DNA of 64,000 bases, taken from NCBI GenBank assembly GCA_041691135.1, contig JBEPVF010000002.1:128001-192000 (forward strand), given 5' to 3'. The stretch comes from Candidatus Peribacteria bacterium. Lineage in GTDB: Bacteria; Patescibacteriota; Gracilibacteria; Peribacterales; Peribacteraceae. Made by a program: the position numbers and the translations under genes. The first letter of the stretch is position 1, and the number at the start of each line of letters is the position of its first letter. Below the pieces are notes generated by a model, which was given only the letters and a program-made list of their open reading frames with translations, searched no databases and had not been told where the DNA came from. Shown here in pieces: positions 59,064 through 64,000 of the stretch.

Positions 59064-61472
59064 TTACTGCCGGGTCAGCTCATGTTCTTGGACACCCGGA
59101 TAATAGTAACTAAGGATTTGTTCGGCCGTTTTTCCCTCGTTCGCCTGACCGGCGGCTCCGCAACCGGACATGCCCACGCCATGGCCTTGCATCGACATGC
59201 CGGTACACCACGGATCGGGTTTGCTGGCGAAGACATCGGCATTCGGAAAATTCTTCCAGTTCGCTTCCTGTGGGGACCGTGTGCGACCATCGTCACTGGA
59301 GAAGTACGGCGGTTTGATGATGTCGCCCTTCGTCATCAAAACTTGATTGGCCGTACTGGTCACCGCCTTCACCCACTGCGGATTCTTGGTTTCGAATGAT
59401 GCGCCCGCATACTTCTGGAACGAATCGGGACTGTCCGAACCGTCGTACGGTTGGCCGGGAAATTTGCGATTGTGCTGGTCGAGGTAGTACGCCGCATAAC
59501 TGCGCGCCGCGACGGCGAAGGCCCGTTGTTTCTCGTACGGTTCGCTATCGGGCTCTTCGCCCAGACCGAGCAGGTATCGATCGAGCGGCAGTTCGTTGAT
59601 TAGAGCCAATTTTCCATCAATGACGCGGCATTCCAGCACGCCGCGAAATTGGTTCTCTCCACGCGGAAAGGCCGACACTTTGGTGAACACGTCGCCGGGA
59701 TTGATGCGCACGATTCCTTTGGCGATCTCCTGCCCGTCACGTTCGGCACGACAATCGGTATCGCTCATCGAGAGCAGAAGATCGCCCGCCGGCAGTTGCA
59801 CGCTATTCACATACGTGTCGTGTGGGATTCCCACCGTCAGGCTCCCCTTGGCGAAAGTCGCCTCGTTGCGCAGCAAACGGATGCGGATGGTCGGTCCGTA
59901 ATACGGCGCCTGTGCGGCTGCCGTCTCCGCCGCGGCGAGCGGCTTACTCAGTTCTCGCTGCAGCCGGTGCTCGCCCACTTTGGTACTGACGACGTGCGCG
60001 GGAGTTCCGCCGACATGGACGGCGTACAGAATGCTGCCCACCTTCAGCTGATACTCGCCGGCATCGGGCGGCAGTTGCACTCGCAAGTGCAGCGCAACGG
60101 ATGCGTTGGCGCTCAGCGGCGCAGGTAAAAGCAAATCGTTGACCAGACGTGTGGACAGAAATTCCGTCGCTTGCCACACCTGGAAACGCGGATCTGACGC
60201 CTTGATCGAACCGATCTTCGTGCGTTGTGCCAGCGCCATATTGCTCGCCTGAAACTGAAAGTCGAGTTGCACGATATCGCCGGGATGCCCGGTTACATCC
60301 GCGCTCGGATAGATGAAAATTCCGTTCGTGCCGATGGCGATGGAACGCGGTTGTTTTTCGGCGGAAGACGACACATCGATTGCGGCCGGCGGCGGAGGCG
60401 GGAAGCGCACATCAGCCGACACTTTTCCGGTCCGCGCATTATCGCGAATCTGATCGAGCACGCCCCGCACATAATAACCCGGACAACGAGTGCCCATCAG
60501 ATCGCCATGACCGACAACGGGAGGCATGTCGCGACCGTGGAAGGTAACATTTTTTGTCAGATCCACGCTGTACTTCTGACTGAGGGTAACCAGCAATGAC
60601 TGCAGACTGTGGATCTGTTCCTGCGTCGGTTTTTCGGTATCGGTATTGCCCATCAACGCGATGCCCATCGTGCCGACGTTGTAACAGAAGGCATGCCCGC
60701 CCACGACGTCGTCACCGCCCTGGCGTCCCTCGTATATCTGACCGTCTTCGTCGACCACATAGTTGTAGCCGATATCTCCCCATCCGCGGCTCTTGGCATG
60801 GTATTGGTAAATCGCCCGCATGCGTTCCACCGCACTGCGCGTTTCGCCGGTCACCTGATCGGCCGTGTGATGGATTACAAATAATTTAATCGACGGTGAA
60901 TACTGGATCGGCCAACTGTACGGTTTTCCATCGGGTGCTGTGCTCACCGTTTTCGTCACTGTGAATTCATCCGGATAGTTTTTCTGCAGCTGAGCGCAAT
61001 TGACCGTGCGTGACGGAACCTGGTCACTGCGCATCACCGCGTTCAACTCGGCTTCGGTGACGATCTTATCGCCGATGGTGAGACTCTCGTCGGCACCCCA
61101 GTCGCTACGCGAGAGAATATGCGGCGGACCGGGATCATCGGTGGAGGCCGTCGTGTAGTGCACCGGATCGTGCGAGACACGGATGGGATGCAATTGATCG
61201 TCGACGCTCGCACCGCGGATCCGCACCAGCGAAACGGACTCCTTGAACATGACGAGCGTGGACTCCGTCACAGTCGGATCTTCCTCATCACGCTCTACCG
61301 TGTACCACGGCGACCACTGGGTGCCTTCCCAGGCACTCACATCAGCACTCGTCGCCGACGAAACAAATCCGATGCTGAGCGCATCGATCGGCTGATCGAA
61401 CCGATACTGTTGCATGGCAGGCGCCGACGCCGTCAGGAGCAGCAGACTGCCGAAAAGAAACCACGATCGCAT
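59064..61472 (-). CDS. Secreted PGRP-like N-acetylmuramoyl-L-alanine amidase fused to a SpoIID/LytB domain
   Basis: SR.DWGADE, VIHHTA, GWGDIGYN, EGR.GG, GGHA, GH.D...T.CPG; INELPLDRYL, AVAARSY, GHGVGMS..GA...A. Confidence 0.9.
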   Translation of the reverse strand: MRSWFLFGSLLLLTASAPAMQQYRFDQPIDALSIGFVSSATSADVSAWEGTQWSPWYTVERDEEDPTVTESTLVMFKESVSLVRIRGASVDDQLHPIRVSHDPVHYTTASTDDPGPPHILSRSDWGADESLTIGDKIVTEAELNAVMRSDQVPSRTVNCAQLQKNYPDEFTVTKTVSTAPDGKPYSWPIQYSPSIKLFVIHHTADQVTGETRSAVERMRAIYQYHAKSRGWGDIGYNYVVDEDGQIYEGRQGGDDVVGGHAFCYNVGTMGIALMGNTDTEKPTQEQIHSLQSLLVTLSQKYSVDLTKNVTFHGRDMPPVVGHGDLMGTRCPGYYVRGVLDQIRDNARTGKVSADVRFPPPPPAAIDVSSSAEKQPRSIAIGTNGIFIYPSADVTGHPGDIVQLDFQFQASNMALAQRTKIGSIKASDPRFQVWQATEFLSTRLVNDLLLPAPLSANASVALHLRVQLPPDAGEYQLKVGSILYAVHVGGTPAHVVSTKVGEHRLQRELSKPLAAAETAAAQAPYYGPTIRIRLLRNEATFAKGSLTVGIPHDTYVNSVQLPAGDLLLSMSDTDCRAERDGQEIAKGIVRINPGDVFTKVSAFPRGENQFRGVLECRVIDGKLALINELPLDRYLLGLGEEPDSEPYEKQRAFAVAARSYAAYYLDQHNRKFPGQPYDGSDSPDSFQKYAGASFETKNPQWVKAVTSTANQVLMTKGDIIKPPYFSSDDGRTRSPQEANWKNFPNADVFASKPDPWCTGMSMQGHGVGMSGCGAAGQANEGKTAEQILSYYYPGVQEHELTRQ

Positions 61473-61542
61473 CAGCCGCATTTTACATGGCAACGCGCGA
61501 GCTGCTAATGACAACCCGCCCGACCGGAGTATGCTGAACAAC

Positions 61543-62079
61543 ATGCGGCACGGATTCTCCCTGGCGCTGTCGGCGAGCATCATTCTTACACTCGTAGGAT
61601 GCAGCAGTCCGCGCATCGACAATACCGCCGGTTGGCCGACGTTTCAGTCCGATGACTTCGGTTTTAACGTACTGATGCCCGGTACTCCGCAAAAAATATC
61701 CCGGGAAGTGCCGAGCGCCACCCCCGGCGTGACGATTCCCATCTTCGTGTTCACCACCACGGAATCAGGCGGTCCCAACTATGATGTGACGGTGACCGTT
61801 CTGCCGCGCGCGTTCAATACGGTCGACGCGCAGTCGGTACTGGCCAATGCACTCGACGGTCTGAAGCAGGCTTACTCGGGCAGCACCATCACCCAAAAAA
61901 TATTCAGCGCGCACGAAAAGAAGCCGTCGCTCGATTTCGTCTTATCATTGCCCGCTTCCCGCTCGGTGCGCGGCATGATGATCAGCGTCGATCATCAGAT
62001 CTACCAAGTGACCATCACCGGTGACGTCGCGAATAACAATCATGATGCGCTCTTCTTGCAGTCATTCCATCTGCTGTAA
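61543..62079 (+). CDS. Putative lipoprotein (PsbP/DcrB-like fold)
   Basis: Lipobox LVGC; W..F.S...GF.V.MP; ends FLQSF. Confidence 0.7.
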   Translation: MRHGFSLALSASIILTLVGCSSPRIDNTAGWPTFQSDDFGFNVLMPGTPQKISREVPSATPGVTIPIFVFTTTESGGPNYDVTVTVLPRAFNTVDAQSVLANALDGLKQAYSGSTITQKIFSAHEKKPSLDFVLSLPASRSVRGMMISVDHQIYQVTITGDVANNNHDALFLQSFHLL

Positions 62080-62082
62080 TTC

Positions 62083-62769
62083 TTAGGCAGCATGTGCCAG
62101 TGCCTCAGCTACAGAATGGTGCTGGTGAGAAGCCGTAAACTCAAGGATATCCTCATGTGCATGGTCATCGTGAGCATGCGTATCATGTGAGGCTTCCTCT
62201 GAAATATATCTCTCTTCACCAAGAGCGAAACGGTCACGAACCAAGGGATCGATGTCTGTATCGCTTGGGTCACCCATTCCTTTCTGAGCATGGCCGTTAT
62301 GATAGAATGTTGTTTTTGCTTCATGACTTACGGCGAACCAAAGATCTGTATACTCAGGCGCTGCTGCATGCTCAAGAACATGCATAGCACCATCTCTAAA
62401 AGTATCTACATTCTTACAATTAACGATAAGCGTGTCCCATTTGTCCACATCGCCCAAATTTGAGGGATGATCGCCATGACCTTCACCACCATGATCACTC
62501 TCATTCACAGCATGAACAATGGCATGTTTAATTTCGAGAGCAACTGCTGCCGTCATCACTTCGACCTGAGGAATAACCTCCAAGCGCGTCTCGCCGTAGG
62601 TACGTAACCAGAACTTTCCTGTTTTGAAGGTTTGTGTCGCTTCACTCGTTCCATCGTCGCCATGTCCATGGCCACCTCCTTTGGTAGAACCATTGGCTTC
62701 GCCAGCAGGCTGTTCGATGGAGGCAACTCCTCCAGGGTACGGATCATGATGAAGTTCGGCGGTAGTCAT
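62083..62769 (-). CDS. His-rich protein with a possible divergent STAS domain
   Basis: TTGACG-17-TTTAAT promoter (62831-62803); LIVNCKNVDTFRDGAMHVL; several His clusters. Confidence 0.6.
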   Translation of the reverse strand: MTTAELHHDPYPGGVASIEQPAGEANGSTKGGGHGHGDDGTSEATQTFKTGKFWLRTYGETRLEVIPQVEVMTAAVALEIKHAIVHAVNESDHGGEGHGDHPSNLGDVDKWDTLIVNCKNVDTFRDGAMHVLEHAAAPEYTDLWFAVSHEAKTTFYHNGHAQKGMGDPSDTDIDPLVRDRFALGEERYISEEASHDTHAHDDHAHEDILEFTASHQHHSVAEALAHAA

Positions 62770-63138
62770 AGTTGGGGATGCATAAAACAGTAAACGGGGC
62801 AAATTAAAGTTCCTCGCGGCTCCTACGTCAAGAGAATTTTTTTGTCAAATTTGTCGATATGGCTGCTTATACATCACTTTAAATCGAATTTGGGCAGTAC
62901 GGGGCCGAGAGGGGCAAAATTTTATAACGAGCCAAAAAGGCGATTTGAGGGTGAAAACCAAAAAAATCTTCTGCGGCAGGCCGTCGGTCGCCGAAAGTGG
63001 AACTGCTCCAGATACTTTTCTCCGTTCATGAAAGATATGTCGTGAAAAAAATTCTTTTTCCGTCCGACATCTGGCAGGATCTACTACTTCAACCGTCTCT
63101 TAATTCACCCTTAAGCTCTTCTCCGACATACTCTCGTC

Positions 63139-63825
63139 ATGATCAATGTATTCAAGAAGATCTGGCCGCTGCTGATCGGACTCACTCTGCTGATCGGCGT
63201 GTCGTACCTGGCGCAAACGCACTACGATCAGATGCGCGCGCTGCTGAATCAGAATGCATCGAGTACCAACATGTTGCTGTACGTGGGCATCGGTATCGCC
63301 ACGGTTATCATTCCGTTCGGCAGTCTCATTCCTTTTATTCCCATTGCCGTCCTGCTCTGGGGATGGCCTACTACAGCCATTCTTACGCTGGTTGCGTGGG
63401 TACTGGGTGCACAATTGCTGTTCGAATTTTCGCGCTTCGTCGGCAAGCCGTTCATGATGAAAATCATTCCGACATCGCAACTCGACACGATCGCAACGCT
63501 CGTGCAGGGTGATGGATTGCTGCATGCGATCTTTATCCGCATGGTCGTCCACGCCGACATCGTCAGTTACGCCTTCGGCATGTTCACCGATATCAACCGC
63601 TGGAAATTTTTGCTCGTCACCATCATAGGCGTAGGACCGGGCGCCGTGTTGTACGCCTACTTCGGCAGTCTGCCGATTGTCTACCAGATAGGAATGGCTC
63701 TCGCCGGCATTATTGCTTTTGCAGTGTACTGGTCGATAGGAGAACGGCGGGAGAGGATCGCGGAGTTGATGCAGTCGCGCTTGGCGCGAAAAAACACCCC
63801 GGCTCGAAGCATGATTCTCCGTTGA
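63139..63825 (+). CDS. DedA/VTT (SNARE-associated) membrane protein
   Basis: GWP..A...W..GA...F..SR..G; IRMV..ADIVSYAFG...F...T..G..PG. Confidence 0.85.
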   Translation: MINVFKKIWPLLIGLTLLIGVSYLAQTHYDQMRALLNQNASSTNMLLYVGIGIATVIIPFGSLIPFIPIAVLLWGWPTTAILTLVAWVLGAQLLFEFSRFVGKPFMMKIIPTSQLDTIATLVQGDGLLHAIFIRMVVHADIVSYAFGMFTDINRWKFLLVTIIGVGPGAVLYAYFGSLPIVYQIGMALAGIIAFAVYWSIGERRERIAELMQSRLARKNTPARSMILR

Positions 63826-63830
63826 TCTTG

Positions 63831-64000
63831 CTACATGACTTTTCCGCTCTGGTCAGCGACGATATCACTCAACGATTTTGTCAGTTCCGCCGTCACGACC
63901 AACCGTTTGTCGTAACTGTGCGCATCGCGGTTCCACAGGCCGTTGCAGGTGATCAGTTGTAATTGCGCGCCGCTCGCCGTGCCGAAAACTTGCCGGAGAG
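63831..64000 (-). CDS. Class F sortase, C-terminal part (5' end outside the window)
   Basis: Reverse strand reads VFGTASGAQLQLITCNGLWNRDAHSYDKRLVVTA...VM*. Confidence 0.85.
   Translation of the reverse strand, partial: LRQVFGTASGAQLQLITCNGLWNRDAHSYDKRLVVTAELTKSLSDIVADQSGKVM

Noticed and set aside
1-64000. Genetic code 25 (TGA=Gly) as in Gracilibacteria, or a CRISPR array
   Set aside because: TGA ends many well-defined genes at their expected C-termini and long ORFs are intact under code 11; no regularly spaced 25-45-nt repeats were seen

Overview
Bacterial chromosomal window using genetic code 11 (TGA acts as a stop). It is most likely from a CPR/Patescibacteria lineage such as Ca. Peribacteria/Peregrinibacteria; this is inferred from the C-terminally short AlaRS, SLH-anchored surface proteins, leaderless or pyrimidine-rich translation starts and a class F sortase. 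Bases 1-8.5 kb hold host-like genes (alaS 3' part, GT-C membrane pair, RNA methyltransferase, HTTM pair) and end in tRNA-Asn(GTT). An accessory mosaic of about 50 kb follows. Its first, AT-rich module (8.6-17.8 kb) encodes two paralogous SNF2-type ATPases, each with a tandem array (4 and 5 copies) of a ~95-aa repeat I do not recognise plus an Ig-like domain. These are followed by a tyrosine recombinase with substituted catalytic residues. Copies of the tRNA 3' end (GGAGCCA) and a shared CGTA-N3-CGTACA-N8-AGCCA motif mark module junctions. This module is the best candidate for an undescribed system. Downstream are an OmpR-family two-component system with a direct-repeat box seen at up to six promoters (candidate envelope-stress regulon), further AT-rich orphan modules (HicA-fused protein plus PD-(D/E)XK nuclease, SF2 helicase plus repeat protein, sigma70-methyltransferase fusion), large beta-helix/Ig/SLH surface proteins, and many small stress or detox genes. 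Host-like cell-wall genes resume at about 58.6 kb. All family calls come from motif recognition by eye; no database search was run.
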